NCBI GenBank assembly: GCA_049903315.1
Contig: JBNGBT010000001.1
Location: forward strand, 224,001-288,000
DNA from: Candidatus Cloacimonadota bacterium
GTDB taxonomy: Bacteria > Cloacimonadota > Cloacimonadia > JGIOTU-2
Direction: 5' to 3'
Length of the DNA stretch: 64,000 nucleotides
Positions 1 through 10,298 of this stretch are shown here, piece by piece (the stretch's first letter is position 1; every line of letters begins with the position of its first letter). A program made the translations under genes and the position numbers. The notes beneath the pieces are model-generated. The model was not told the DNA's origin. It worked only from the letters and a program-made list of their open reading frames with translations, and searched no databases.

Positions 1-1360
1 TGATTTTTCAGTTAATTTCTTAGATACTTTGAACATTGAATATACAAATCTCTTGGGATTCACAAAAGATAAAGGGAAAATAGTTATTTTCGACAATCCC
101 CTTAATATGCTAAGGTCAATAAAGTTAGATGCCAACTTAGAGCTGGCATCAACGAAAACAATTAAAGTTAACGAAAGTAAACTTATGACATTTATGCCAA
201 CATTTATTGATATTGATAAAAAAAAATATAATCTTCTTTTTTCAGTAGAAAAGTTTGTGTTCGATAATTCACTAAAATCAATCGCCAATTTTTATCAACA
301 GTTTAGAGATTTCACTGCGCAATCATTCAATAATAACTTATATTTCATTGATTATACTGGTGATAATTTCTATTTTTCACAAATAAAATTCATACAAAAT
401 AGAACACTTAATCCGGTGATTATAAACTTACTTATCTTTGAGTTAATCATTTTTTTATTTTTTTTGTTGATCAAACAATCAATTTCACTACCTGCATTAT
501 CAACAAAGGATAATTTTTTTGTAATCTGTTCCTTCTTCGGCTTATTATACACCTGGCGCGTAACAGGTGTCTATAGCAGGTTTTTCCGATTGCCCAAATG
601 TATGTCCTTCAATAAGCAGTTAGCATACAGATACTTATATGATATATCAGACAAGGTTCAAGAATATTATATCAATTCTGCACTTTTCATAAAAACTAAG
701 ATATATAAGTTCCACACCGAAAATGAGCTTTCAATCATCCAGAGAATTTCCCACGATCTCAAAAATCAAATTCTCATGATCAAGCTTCAAATAGATGAAT
801 ATTACAGCAATCTGAAAAAGAAACGGGCTGAAGAAGTGAGTATGATGCTTGATACGATCAAAGAAATTTCTGAAGTGGCACAAACGTTATCGAATTTCTC
901 TCAGATAAATCAATTATTCAAGGAACAAATACATATTTTGTCTTTGATAGAAGAGATCCTTGCAGAATTATACGCACATAAGAATATCAATTGTGTTCAG
1001 ATTGAATCAGATAACGATTACGCTCTATTCGTTGACAAAAAGCTACTCAAGACAGCGCTGAAAAATCTTATTTGCAATGCAATGGATGCAATAAAAAATG
1101 ATCAGCGATTTTTGATTGCCATAAAAAAAGTCGATCATGTGATTAGCATCATCCTTAAGAATCCGACAGATATAATCCAAGAAGAATTCGAGAAGATTGA
1201 AGAAATCGGATTTACAACAAAAAAAACGGGATCTGGGCTTGGTATACCAATTTCTCGGTCGATCATTGAAAAACATGATGGAAAATTTCAAATAATTTTA
1301 AAGGATAAATATTTTATAGTTGAAATATATCTGCCGTACGAACAAAGGGAGAAATCATGA
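1..1360 (+). CDS. Membrane sensor histidine kinase (5' partial; frame is open to the window edge)
   Basis: Two hydrophobic segments; H-box QRISHDLKNQI, N-box LKNLICNAMDA, G2 box GFTTKKTGSGLG; stop overlaps the response regulator start (ATGA). Confidence 0.88.
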   Translation, partial: DFSVNFLDTLNIEYTNLLGFTKDKGKIVIFDNPLNMLRSIKLDANLELASTKTIKVNESKLMTFMPTFIDIDKKKYNLLFSVEKFVFDNSLKSIANFYQQFRDFTAQSFNNNLYFIDYTGDNFYFSQIKFIQNRTLNPVIINLLIFELIIFLFFLLIKQSISLPALSTKDNFFVICSFFGLLYTWRVTGVYSRFFRLPKCMSFNKQLAYRYLYDISDKVQEYYINSALFIKTKIYKFHTENELSIIQRISHDLKNQILMIKLQIDEYYSNLKKKRAEEVSMMLDTIKEISEVAQTLSNFSQINQLFKEQIHILSLIEEILAELYAHKNINCVQIESDNDYALFVDKKLLKTALKNLICNAMDAIKNDQRFLIAIKKVDHVISIILKNPTDIIQEEFEKIEEIGFTTKKTGSGLGIPISRSIIEKHDGKFQIILKDKYFIVEIYLPYEQREKS

Positions 1361-2763
1361 GTAAGAAAATACTTATTCTCGAAGATAATGAAAAACTCGG
1401 TAAGTATTATTCCAAAATACTGAGAGAAACCGGTTTCGAAGTAGCACATGTCAAAAATAGTACAGATTTTTTTGCAAGATATCCTGTGTTTAAACCTGCA
1501 ATAATATTATTGGATATTAAGCTGAATAATAGTCCATTGAGTGGACTTGAAGTTTTTGAAGAACTCATAAAAAAAGATCAGATTAGTGCGAAGGTAATTG
1601 TCCTGTCAGGTGAGGCAAGCCGAAGTGAAATCGCACATGCAATGAAACTGGGGGCTCATACTTTTATCGAAAAAACCGGCGATTTTAATACTGATAAATT
1701 TTTATCAGATATAGAAACGGCATATCAGCTCCAAAAGCAGGAAGAAACCACGAGAGAACTGATCGAGGAGAAAAAAAATCTAACCAGTTCATTCCTTGCA
1801 CAGTACCCGCTAATAGGAGAATCGAAGTGCATTAAAGAACTCAAAAAGGAAATTCTACGTTTTGCGAAAGCGGATGTGGATGTGCTTATACTTGGTGATA
1901 CGGGAACCGGTAAGGAAGTAGTTGCACATCACCTGTACTGGAACTCAAAACGATCAGGTAAGCCCTTTATTAAAGTTAACGCAGGAGGAATGCCGGATAG
2001 TTTGGTCGATTCAGAGCTTTTCGGGCATAAGAAAGGCTCCTTCACAGATGCTCACTATGATAAAAAGGGGTATTTTGAGCAAGCAGATGGTGGATATTTA
2101 TTCCTTGATGAAATAGCAAGTATCTCCCCAGCTATACAGGCTAAGATATTACGTGCAATCGAAAATAAGGAAATTCGCGTGGTCGGCGGGGAACAAAAAA
2201 AAGTCGATGTGAAGATCATATTTGCATCAAATAAAGACCATAAACAACTCATTAAAGATAATGAATTTCGCAGTGATCTTTATTACAGAGTTGCAAGAAA
2301 TGTCATTTTTATTCCTCCACTAATTGAGCGGGATGATGATATTATCCTTTTGCTGAATTATTTTTGCGAGATGCACAGCAAAGAATTTGAAGCATTTCTC
2401 GATTTTGATCTATATAAAATAAAAGGAGAACTTTTACGTTACACCTGGCCTGGAAATGTTCGTGAACTTCATAGTTTTTGTGAAAATCTTCTTATTCGTT
2501 ACAACATAATTGATAATGATGTGATTTTGGAAGAGGTCAATAATAAGATATCTGGAAAGTTATATAAAGATGATGATTCGCTATTTAAACTTCTTCAAAT
2601 AAATAAATTGCCAGATGCGGTTGATGTATTTGAAAAAAAATATCTTCAATATCATCTTGCTTTGAATGACGAAAATATGAGTAAAACTGCTGAGAGAATT
2701 GGAATAGAAAGAACGACTCTATATCGTAAATTGAAGAAGGGAGGTGAGGAGGGTAAAAAGTAA
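1357..2763 (+). CDS. Sigma-54-type (NtrC family) response regulator: REC + AAA+ + Fis-type HTH
   Basis: REC (ILEDN, LLDIKL); Walker A GDTGTGKE; ELFGHKKGSFTDA (GAFTGA variant); Walker B LFLDEI; WPGNVREL; HTH AERIGIERTTLYRKL. Confidence 0.95.
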   Translation: MSKKILILEDNEKLGKYYSKILRETGFEVAHVKNSTDFFARYPVFKPAIILLDIKLNNSPLSGLEVFEELIKKDQISAKVIVLSGEASRSEIAHAMKLGAHTFIEKTGDFNTDKFLSDIETAYQLQKQEETTRELIEEKKNLTSSFLAQYPLIGESKCIKELKKEILRFAKADVDVLILGDTGTGKEVVAHHLYWNSKRSGKPFIKVNAGGMPDSLVDSELFGHKKGSFTDAHYDKKGYFEQADGGYLFLDEIASISPAIQAKILRAIENKEIRVVGGEQKKVDVKIIFASNKDHKQLIKDNEFRSDLYYRVARNVIFIPPLIERDDDIILLLNYFCEMHSKEFEAFLDFDLYKIKGELLRYTWPGNVRELHSFCENLLIRYNIIDNDVILEEVNNKISGKLYKDDDSLFKLLQINKLPDAVDVFEKKYLQYHLALNDENMSKTAERIGIERTTLYRKLKKGGEEGKK

Positions 2764-2825
2764 AAGTATTGCTTTGAGGGTAGAGTGATGTACAATATCT
2801 TTGCATGTTAACATGCTGCAATATA

Positions 2826-2860
2826 AATATCGAATATCCAACACGGAATATCCAATGTCC
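2826..2860 (+). repeat. Degenerate 7-bp tandem repeat, 5 units
   Basis: aatatcg aatatcc aacacgg aatatcc aatgtcc; a related aatatcg aacaccg recurs near 2907. Confidence 0.7.
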
Positions 2861-3038
2861 ATATGATAGTCTTCTTAAATCTTAAATCGTTTTTCATTGA
2901 TTTTAGAATATCGAACACCGATTTTTTATTTCTGATATTCTTAACGAGTCGGTCACGAAAGGAACGACTCTGGACATCAAGGAATCGCAAAAAAGTGGAC
3001 AAACATTTTCAGTACTCATCTTTTCGATTCGATTGCGT

Positions 3039-4247
3039 ATGAAAAATTATTACTATACTTGCTTTTCATGTGGTGAGAAGTGGTCATCCGATGAGATCGA
3101 GGAAAACGACCACTATCTCTGTCCGAATTGTGCAGATAAAAATAAACCACAATCACCCCTTGTTGGATGTTTGAGGATTCTTTACGATTATAAAGTACTG
3201 AAAACTGAATATACTCTCGATTTCTTTAAAGAATCAACCCCGGGAAATATTTTTCAGTTTCCCTTACTTTTGCCCCTGAAAAGAGAAGTTCAGGATATAC
3301 TGAAAACCAGAATGTCTTTACCTTGCAATTCTCTCAGTAAAATTGCATTTGATTCGGACAATTCGGTTTTAATTTTGGATGACACGCACAATCCAACCTT
3401 CTCTTACAAGGACAGGGCATCCGTATTGGTTTTGGCAAAATCATTCGAACTCGGCAAAGATGCTATCTGTACCGCTTCGACTGGGAATGCAGCATCCTCG
3501 ATTTCCGGGCTGTGTGCAATGGTCGGAATGACATCAAAAATATTCGTCCCTCAAAGTATTCCACACGAAAAACTTACCCAGATAAAAATGTTCGGCGCCG
3601 ATGTTGAGAAAATCAAGGGCTCTTATGACGATGCCTATGACATTTCGATCGAAGAGTCAAAAAAACATGGATGGTATAACCGCAACACTGCGTATAATCC
3701 ACTCACAACAGAGGGAAAGAAATCCGGAGCTTATGATATTTTCCTGCAAATGAACTGCGAAGCGCCGGACAAAGTATTCGTTCCAACCGGTGACGGAAGC
3801 ATAATTTCCGGAATATTCAAAGGATTTTACGATCTCAAGCAGCTTGATCTTATCGAAAAAATTCCACAACTCATTGCGGTGCAGGCAGAAGGAAGTTCAG
3901 GCATTATAGATTATTTTGAAAGCGGTACATTCCATTATAAAGAATCCAATACACTCGCAGACAGCATATCCGTGAATGCACCCCGAAATCTCTACATGGC
4001 TGCCGATGATATAAAGAGGACTGATGGATTCGGCATCAAAGTGTCAGATGATGAAATTTTAAGTGCAGAGAAATATCTCAGTCAACAACATGGCTATTTC
4101 GTAGAGCCATCTGCAGCAGCAGCATGGGCGGGATTCATAAAATACAATGAAGAGTTCCATCAGAATAATGAAAAAATAGTTATTTTACTTACAGGCAGCG
4201 GATTGAAAGATATTAAGAATGCGCAGAAAGCTTTGTTGATGAAGTGA
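3039..4247 (+). CDS. Threonine synthase-like PLP-dependent enzyme (fold type II) with N-terminal Zn ribbon
   Basis: CxxC...CxxC N-terminus; NPTFSYKDRAS (PLP Lys); ASTGNAA; VPTGDG; VEPSAAAA; LTGSGLKD. ATG at 3039. Confidence 0.85.
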   Translation: MKNYYYTCFSCGEKWSSDEIEENDHYLCPNCADKNKPQSPLVGCLRILYDYKVLKTEYTLDFFKESTPGNIFQFPLLLPLKREVQDILKTRMSLPCNSLSKIAFDSDNSVLILDDTHNPTFSYKDRASVLVLAKSFELGKDAICTASTGNAASSISGLCAMVGMTSKIFVPQSIPHEKLTQIKMFGADVEKIKGSYDDAYDISIEESKKHGWYNRNTAYNPLTTEGKKSGAYDIFLQMNCEAPDKVFVPTGDGSIISGIFKGFYDLKQLDLIEKIPQLIAVQAEGSSGIIDYFESGTFHYKESNTLADSISVNAPRNLYMAADDIKRTDGFGIKVSDDEILSAEKYLSQQHGYFVEPSAAAAWAGFIKYNEEFHQNNEKIVILLTGSGLKDIKNAQKALLMK

Positions 4248-4867
4248 ATATGGGTAATAAAATCTATGGATTGATCTTAGCAGCCGGGCTGTCCAGTAGA
4301 ATGGATGGCTTCAAACCTCTCGTACTCTTTGACCAAAAACCATTCATCATACATATTATTGATAAACTGTCTGCAGTGTGTGATGAAATCTTTGTCGTGA
4401 CTGGTTTTAACAGGTATGCACTTGAAGATAGTGTAAGAGCTCTTTATCGTGGAGATGCCATTCTAAAAAAGATTGACTTCATTCATAATCAGTACTTCGA
4501 GAAAGGGATGTTCAGCAGTATTCAAAAGGGTATGAAAGAAATCCTTCCCGAAATGAGCGAGCAAGACTATGTCATGCTTCATCTTATTGATCAGCCACAT
4601 ATTTCAGAAGATGTGTATGAGAAATTAGCCGAGAAGGCGCATAATGTGAATATGAAGGTCATTGTGCCTTCTTATAATATGAAAGCGGGACATCCAATAA
4701 TGCTATCAAAAGAAGTTGTTGAAGAAATCGTTGAAGCATCCGAGTCCGAGAATCTTCGGGATCTGCTGAGAAAACTTAATGATGAGATCATGTATGTGAA
4801 TATTTCAGATGAGTCTATTATCCAAGATGTAAATACGCCCGAAGAGAAAAATAGGTATTTAAAATAG
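4244..4867 (+). CDS. Molybdenum cofactor cytidylyltransferase-like (MocA/YgfJ family)
   Basis: LILAAGLSSRMDGFKPL, GMFSSIQKG, DQP, GHP, DVNTPEE; adjacent to xdh genes; GTGA overlap with the previous gene. Confidence 0.85.
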   Translation: MNMGNKIYGLILAAGLSSRMDGFKPLVLFDQKPFIIHIIDKLSAVCDEIFVVTGFNRYALEDSVRALYRGDAILKKIDFIHNQYFEKGMFSSIQKGMKEILPEMSEQDYVMLHLIDQPHISEDVYEKLAEKAHNVNMKVIVPSYNMKAGHPIMLSKEVVEEIVEASESENLRDLLRKLNDEIMYVNISDESIIQDVNTPEEKNRYLK

Positions 4868-4868
4868 C

Positions 4869-5684
4869 ATGGGTATAATAGAAAAAATATATCAACTCAA
4901 ACAAGACCAAAGGTCATTTATCGTCGCCACTGTGATAGAAGCTGAAGGATCGACACCCGGGAAAATTGGATTCAAAATGATCATCACATCTGATGGTGGA
5001 ACCTATGGCACAGTTGGTGGGGGAACCATTGAAAAAATGGTAGAAAAAGATGCACTTCAATTTCTAAAAAGAGGGATGAACGGCACGAAAGATTACGATT
5101 TGCAGTCCGAAGAATCTACTTCAAAAGAAGCAACCGGCATGCTGTGCGGTGGGGCAGTAAAAGTATATTTTGAAATTCATGTACCTAAAAGAAAAATATA
5201 TATATTCGGGGGAGGACATGTATCTCAGGCACTTGAAAGAATATTACCTGCGGAGAAATACTCGATCGTAATTATTGACAACCGCGAGCAGTTTGTATCA
5301 AAATCTTTACACCCTTTTGCTGATGTGAGAGTGTGCGAAGAATATTCTGATTTCTTAGAGCATTTTAATCCTGAAATCAACTCGTATGCAGTGATCGTCA
5401 CTCATGGTCATAGGTTTGACTATGATGTGTTGAGAATGATCGTAAAGAAAAAATATTCTTTTAAATATATTGGTATGATCGGATCAAAAATAAAAGTGAA
5501 AGCAACTCTGGATAAAATAATAAATGAGTTCAGCGAAGTCGATTTGGAGAATCTTTATTCACCAATAGGAATCGATCTTGGTGGTTCGTCTGCTTCCGAA
5601 ATTGCGTTGAGTATTGCCGCAGAGATGCAAGCGCTTGAATATAACAAAGAAGTACCTCACATGAGGTTGAGATATGATGAATAA
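4869..5684 (+). CDS. xdhC: XdhC/CoxF family molybdoenzyme maturation factor
   Basis: GSTPGKIG, GTVGGG, GMLCGG, IFGGGHVS, VTHGHRFD, YIGMIGS, SPIGIDLG. Confidence 0.92.
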   Translation: MGIIEKIYQLKQDQRSFIVATVIEAEGSTPGKIGFKMIITSDGGTYGTVGGGTIEKMVEKDALQFLKRGMNGTKDYDLQSEESTSKEATGMLCGGAVKVYFEIHVPKRKIYIFGGGHVSQALERILPAEKYSIVIIDNREQFVSKSLHPFADVRVCEEYSDFLEHFNPEINSYAVIVTHGHRFDYDVLRMIVKKKYSFKYIGMIGSKIKVKATLDKIINEFSEVDLENLYSPIGIDLGGSSASEIALSIAAEMQALEYNKEVPHMRLRYDE

Positions 5685-7881
5685 AAAGCAAGAAATCCGA
5701 GTCGACGCTGCTACAAAGATTGCCGGCATTGAGAAATATACAAGAGACTTTCGTATAGATAATCTCCTTTATGCAGCTACCGTTCGATCCGGAAGAGCAC
5801 ATGCACGTATCCTATCAATTGTCTTTGATGATGATTTTGATTGGTCACTAGTAACAGTTCTCTCTGCGAAAGAGATACAAAAAAATTTTGTCGCCATCAT
5901 TAAAAATGATATGCCATATCTTGCAGACGAAGAAGTGAATTATTATGGAGAGCCAATCCTTCTTCTTGCGGCAGAGAACGAGGACATTCTTCGTGAAGCA
6001 AAAAAGCATATTACGGTTGAATATGAAGACAGACAGGCATTTTGCACACTTGAAGAAGCAATACAATCGTCGTATGCAAAGGAACCCTTTGAAGAGATAT
6101 TACTGGAAAACGGTGATGTTAAAAAAGCATTTTCGGATACTGATCATATCGTTGAAGATGTTTTTAAAACCGGATTTCAGGAACATGTATATCTTGAACC
6201 TCAGGTTGTTGTCGCCATTCCGGAAGGGAAGACCATTCATGTAAAGGGTTCGATGCAATGTCCCTATTATGTGCAGAATGCAATGAATGAGCTTTTCAAA
6301 GGAACAGAAACAAAAGTGGATGTAACTCAAATAATGACTGGCGGCGCTTTTGGGGGAAAAGAAGACTTTCCATCTCTGATATGTGGACACGTCGCCCTGC
6401 TTGCTCAGAAAACGGGTAGACCGATAATCATTAGTTATAATAGGGAAGAAGATATTCAGTTCACCACCAAAAGACATCCTTCAAAAATACGTGCAAAGGC
6501 AGCAGTGAGTAAAGAAGGAAAAATTCTTGCTGTTGATATGGATATTCTCCAGGACAGTGGCGCCTATACAACATTAAGCCCTGTGGTACTTGCACGAGCT
6601 GTGCTGACTTCCTTTGGATGCTATAATCTTCCGAATGTCCGTATATACGGGAAAGCGATCAAAACAAATATTCCTCCATGCGGAGCATTCCGCGGTTTTG
6701 GAGGTCCTCAATCATTGTATGCCATGGAGATGCTGGTCGAAAAAATAGCGCAGATCATGAACGTCCCTGTGTGGGAGATCAAAAAAACAAACATGCTATC
6801 CCTTGGCGACAAATTACCAACTGGGCAACCAATCGACTATAGCTATGGATTACCTCAATGCGTGGATAAAGTTTTAAAAAGTTCGGAGTATGAGAAAAAA
6901 TACAGAGAATTCAAAAACTATAACGAAAAAGAATCAAAGCAATCAGGAATTCTTAAAGGTATTGGAATTTCTCTTGCACCTCATGGCTGCGGATTTACCG
7001 GGGTAGGTGAAAATCGCATTAAGGCAATTGCCGCACTCGAACTTCTACGAGAGGGAAAGGTGCTTGTCAAAACTGCAAATACCGAGATGGGACAGGGCGT
7101 TGATACTGCATACAAAATTATTGTTTCAGAAGCACTGCATCTGCCATTTGAAGATATTATTATCGAAGAAAAAAATACAAGTAAGGTGCCAAACAGCGGT
7201 CCGACAGTTGCGTCGCGCAGTACAATGATCGTCGGCAAACTGCTTCTCGAAAACTGCGAACAAATTCAAAGTGCTCTGCATTTAAAGAGTAAATTTTCAA
7301 TTAAAGATTTTAAAGAAGCGACAAAAAAATATTTTGAATCTCATGAATCTCTTCTCGTGCAAAAAGAGTATGAGCATCCAAAATTTATCAAATTTGATGA
7401 AAAGACCTACAAGGGATACGGCTATCCTGTGTATGCGTGGTCTGCAAATGTCGCCGAAGTAGAGATCGATCTGACATCATACCAGGTAAGTGTGAAGAAG
7501 TTCTACTCTGCTCATGATGTCGGAAAGGCGATCAATCATCAGCAGTCGGAAGGACAAATACAAGGTGGCATTATACAGGGCATCGGTTATGCAATATATG
7601 AGGATATTCGCTTAGAGAAGGGACAAGTGCTCAATAGAGGCTTTCGTGATTATATTATTCCAACAATTGAAGACGTCCCCGAATTGCATGTGGAAATCGT
7701 AGAAGATCCATACTTTAATGGACCCTTCGGCGCAAAGGCACTCGGTGAACTTCCACTTGTCGGTGCTGCCCCTGCTGTTGCTTCTGCTGTGAGTTTTGCT
7801 CTTGGAAAAACTGCAACCAAAATACCGATGACACCCGAAGTGATCGCTTCGATGATCGAGAATAAAGATTATGAATATTAA
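5674..7881 (+). CDS. Xanthine dehydrogenase family molybdopterin-binding (large) subunit
   Basis: EHVYLEP, GGAFGGK, GAFRGFG, EMGQG, GPTVASR, GQIQGG, catalytic Glu in LGELP. Substrate not determined. Confidence 0.93.
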   Translation: MMNKKQEIRVDAATKIAGIEKYTRDFRIDNLLYAATVRSGRAHARILSIVFDDDFDWSLVTVLSAKEIQKNFVAIIKNDMPYLADEEVNYYGEPILLLAAENEDILREAKKHITVEYEDRQAFCTLEEAIQSSYAKEPFEEILLENGDVKKAFSDTDHIVEDVFKTGFQEHVYLEPQVVVAIPEGKTIHVKGSMQCPYYVQNAMNELFKGTETKVDVTQIMTGGAFGGKEDFPSLICGHVALLAQKTGRPIIISYNREEDIQFTTKRHPSKIRAKAAVSKEGKILAVDMDILQDSGAYTTLSPVVLARAVLTSFGCYNLPNVRIYGKAIKTNIPPCGAFRGFGGPQSLYAMEMLVEKIAQIMNVPVWEIKKTNMLSLGDKLPTGQPIDYSYGLPQCVDKVLKSSEYEKKYREFKNYNEKESKQSGILKGIGISLAPHGCGFTGVGENRIKAIAALELLREGKVLVKTANTEMGQGVDTAYKIIVSEALHLPFEDIIIEEKNTSKVPNSGPTVASRSTMIVGKLLLENCEQIQSALHLKSKFSIKDFKEATKKYFESHESLLVQKEYEHPKFIKFDEKTYKGYGYPVYAWSANVAEVEIDLTSYQVSVKKFYSAHDVGKAINHQQSEGQIQGGIIQGIGYAIYEDIRLEKGQVLNRGFRDYIIPTIEDVPELHVEIVEDPYFNGPFGAKALGELPLVGAAPAVASAVSFALGKTATKIPMTPEVIASMIENKDYEY

Positions 7882-8362
7882 TTTGAAAGTAAATGGGAAA
7901 GCGGTTTCTGTTGAAGCTGAACCACTTGATCGGCTTCTTGATATTTTACGAGATACGCTCGGACTGACTGGCACAAAAGAAGGATGTGGAGAAGGTGAAT
8001 GCGGTGCATGCACTGTTTTTATGAACAACAAGCTTGTGAATTCGTGCCTCGTTCCGGCTATGCATCTTCAGGATGCGGATATACTAACCATAGATGGATT
8101 GCGAGACTTTGAGTTCTTTGCATCTATATCAAAATCCTATGAAGAGAACGGCGCAGTGCAATGCGGTTTTTGCACACCGGGATTTATCATGTCAACGATA
8201 GAACTGTTAAGAAAATCGAAGGGGAAAAAACTCACCGATGACGAGATCAAGAGCGCTTTTGCCGGTAATATCTGCCGATGTACCGGGTATGATAAGATAA
8301 TGAACGCAGTGCGGCAACTGTTGCATAGTGACATCAAAATACCGGAGAGATTTTATGAATAA
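7871..8362 (+). CDS. Xanthine dehydrogenase family 2x[2Fe-2S] small subunit
   Basis: GTKEGCGEGECGACTV...SC; QCGFCTPG; NICRCTGY. Confidence 0.95.
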   Translation: MNINLKVNGKAVSVEAEPLDRLLDILRDTLGLTGTKEGCGEGECGACTVFMNNKLVNSCLVPAMHLQDADILTIDGLRDFEFFASISKSYEENGAVQCGFCTPGFIMSTIELLRKSKGKKLTDDEIKSAFAGNICRCTGYDKIMNAVRQLLHSDIKIPERFYE

Positions 8363-9227
8363 GAAACAAACCTTCTCTCCAAAAACATTACATGAGTATC
8401 ATAAACTCTATTCACAGATCGAGGATTCCATAATTATCATTTTTTCTGGTGGAACCGATCTTATGGTCGGGAAAAATGAACTTCCAGAAGATTCAATTCT
8501 TGTGAATTTATCAGGTCTTGAGGTACTCAAGGGTATTGAAAAAAAGGATGATACGATTATCATCGGAGCGTGCACGACGTTGAATGAAGTTTTACATTCG
8601 ACAGTAGTACAAGAAGAATTACCGATTCTTGTTAAAGCGATACGCACAATGGCTTCGGAGCAGGTTCGTAACAGGGCAACGATCGGGGGCAATATCGGTA
8701 ATGCCTCTCCTGCAGGTGATACGATCACACCGCTTGTTGTGCTGAGTGCTGAGATTGAGATATTTGCTCCCGAATCAAATTATAGCAGAATTATATTGAT
8801 TGATGAACTCTTCTGCGGTCCCTGCACGACAACTCTTAAAAGAGGTGAGATCATTACAAAGATTATCATTCCTCTCCTTCAGGACGATGATGTTGTGTAT
8901 TATTTCAGAAAGATCGGCCAGAGAAATGCGATGACGATCACAAAAGCATCCTTGTCCGCAATAGCAAAATTAGCAGATGGAAAAGTTAAGTGGATACGTC
9001 TGGCTCCGGGAAGCGTCTCTCCCATAGTGCACAGAATGACCAAAACCGAGGAATTCCTAAAAGGGAAAGAGCTCTCTCCGCAAGTTATTGAAGAAGTAAA
9101 GAACATTCTTGAACAAGAGATAACGCCCATTACCGATATCCGTTCCACGAAAGCATTTCGTGAATTGGTGACGAAGAATCTGCTGGGGGATTGTCTTAAA
9201 TCCATAATGTTAAAAAATGAACAATAA
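8355..9227 (+). CDS. Xanthine dehydrogenase family FAD-binding (medium) subunit
   Basis: SGGTDL, QVRNRATIGGNIGNASPAGD, PITDIRST; ATG at 8355 preferred. Confidence 0.93.
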   Translation: MNKKQTFSPKTLHEYHKLYSQIEDSIIIIFSGGTDLMVGKNELPEDSILVNLSGLEVLKGIEKKDDTIIIGACTTLNEVLHSTVVQEELPILVKAIRTMASEQVRNRATIGGNIGNASPAGDTITPLVVLSAEIEIFAPESNYSRIILIDELFCGPCTTTLKRGEIITKIIIPLLQDDDVVYYFRKIGQRNAMTITKASLSAIAKLADGKVKWIRLAPGSVSPIVHRMTKTEEFLKGKELSPQVIEEVKNILEQEITPITDIRSTKAFRELVTKNLLGDCLKSIMLKNEQ

Positions 9228-10206
9228 AATCACACTACTTCAGGGCGGCACATCCGAAGAACGGGAAGTCTCGATCCATACCTGCGAAGCGGTGGAACAA
9301 GCACTTATCGCACTTGGCAAAACAGTCCTCACCTTCGATCCTTCCGACTATGTCGAAAATGGGGAAATAAACTACCTGAAGTTAATCGAAGATATTAAAA
9401 AAGCACAATGTGATATTGTATTCATCGGCTTGCATGGCGGCGATGGGGAGGACGGAACTTTCCAGAAATTATTCGAACTTGCAAGCGTACCTTACGTTGG
9501 TTCGGATGCAGATTCGAGTTGCCTTTGTATGAGTAAGAAGATGTCCAAACTGCTTGCTCGAGACCTTCTCGATGTCCCCGTTCCAAAAGCATTATTTTAT
9601 AAAAGGGGTGATGTCGTTCCCTCCTATGAAGATGTTGTTGAAATACTGGGAGCTCATCTTGTGATAAAACCTAATGCTTCCGGTTCATCTGTTGGTGTAA
9701 CAATTCTCGAAAATGAAGCTAGCTTCGACGATGCGGTGGAATATGCCTTTTCTGTCGATTCCGACATCATCATCGAGCAGTATATTCCGGGTAGGGAAAT
9801 AACTGTCGCGATGCTCGGAAGTAAAGCGCTTCCCGTAGTTGAGATCAAACCGAAAAACGGATTCTATGATTACAAAAATAAATATACTGAGAATTGCACA
9901 GTCTATGACACTCCTGCTGATCTGTCTCACGAAGAAGCTGAACTCGTCACACAATATGCGGAAAGTATTTATAAAGAATTTGGATGTTCTGACTATGCAC
10001 GAATCGACTTCAGATTTGATGGAGAAAAATTCTATTTCCTCGAAGTGAACACTCTTCCCGGTATGACATCCCTGAGTTTGGTGCCAATGGCTGCGAAAGC
10101 AGTTGGCATTTCTTTTGAAGAGCTTATCAGAAAATTAGTGGAAAAAGATATGTATCGAACCACGAAAAACACGAAAAGACACGAAAAAAGAGTATCCAAA
10201 TTTTAA
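9217..10206 (+). CDS. ddl: D-alanine--D-alanine ligase
   Basis: GGTSEEREVS, LHGGDGEDG, KPNASGSSVG, FYDYKNKY, LEVNTLPGMT. Confidence 0.95.
   Translation: MNNKITLLQGGTSEEREVSIHTCEAVEQALIALGKTVLTFDPSDYVENGEINYLKLIEDIKKAQCDIVFIGLHGGDGEDGTFQKLFELASVPYVGSDADSSCLCMSKKMSKLLARDLLDVPVPKALFYKRGDVVPSYEDVVEILGAHLVIKPNASGSSVGVTILENEASFDDAVEYAFSVDSDIIIEQYIPGREITVAMLGSKALPVVEIKPKNGFYDYKNKYTENCTVYDTPADLSHEEAELVTQYAESIYKEFGCSDYARIDFRFDGEKFYFLEVNTLPGMTSLSLVPMAAKAVGISFEELIRKLVEKDMYRTTKNTKRHEKRVSKF
10158..10189 (+). repeat. CACGAAAA triple repeat inside the 3' end of ddl
   Basis: aac cacgaaaaa cacgaaaaga cacgaaaaaa. Confidence 0.7.
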
Positions 10207-10298
10207 AATGAAGTAACCAAAGCGCGAACACTCACTAACAAAAAGAAGTTACATTGCTGTTCGTTAAAGTTCGTTGCTAAGATATAAAAAGGTATATA

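Noticed and set aside
2785..2810. Sigma-54 -24/-12 promoter for the xdh operon
   Set aside because: ttgca is present but there is no GG at the required spacing, so control by the adjacent NtrC protein is unsupported.
3039..9227. Selenocysteine readthrough in the molybdoenzyme cluster
   Set aside because: All subunits are full length with no in-frame TGA interruptions.
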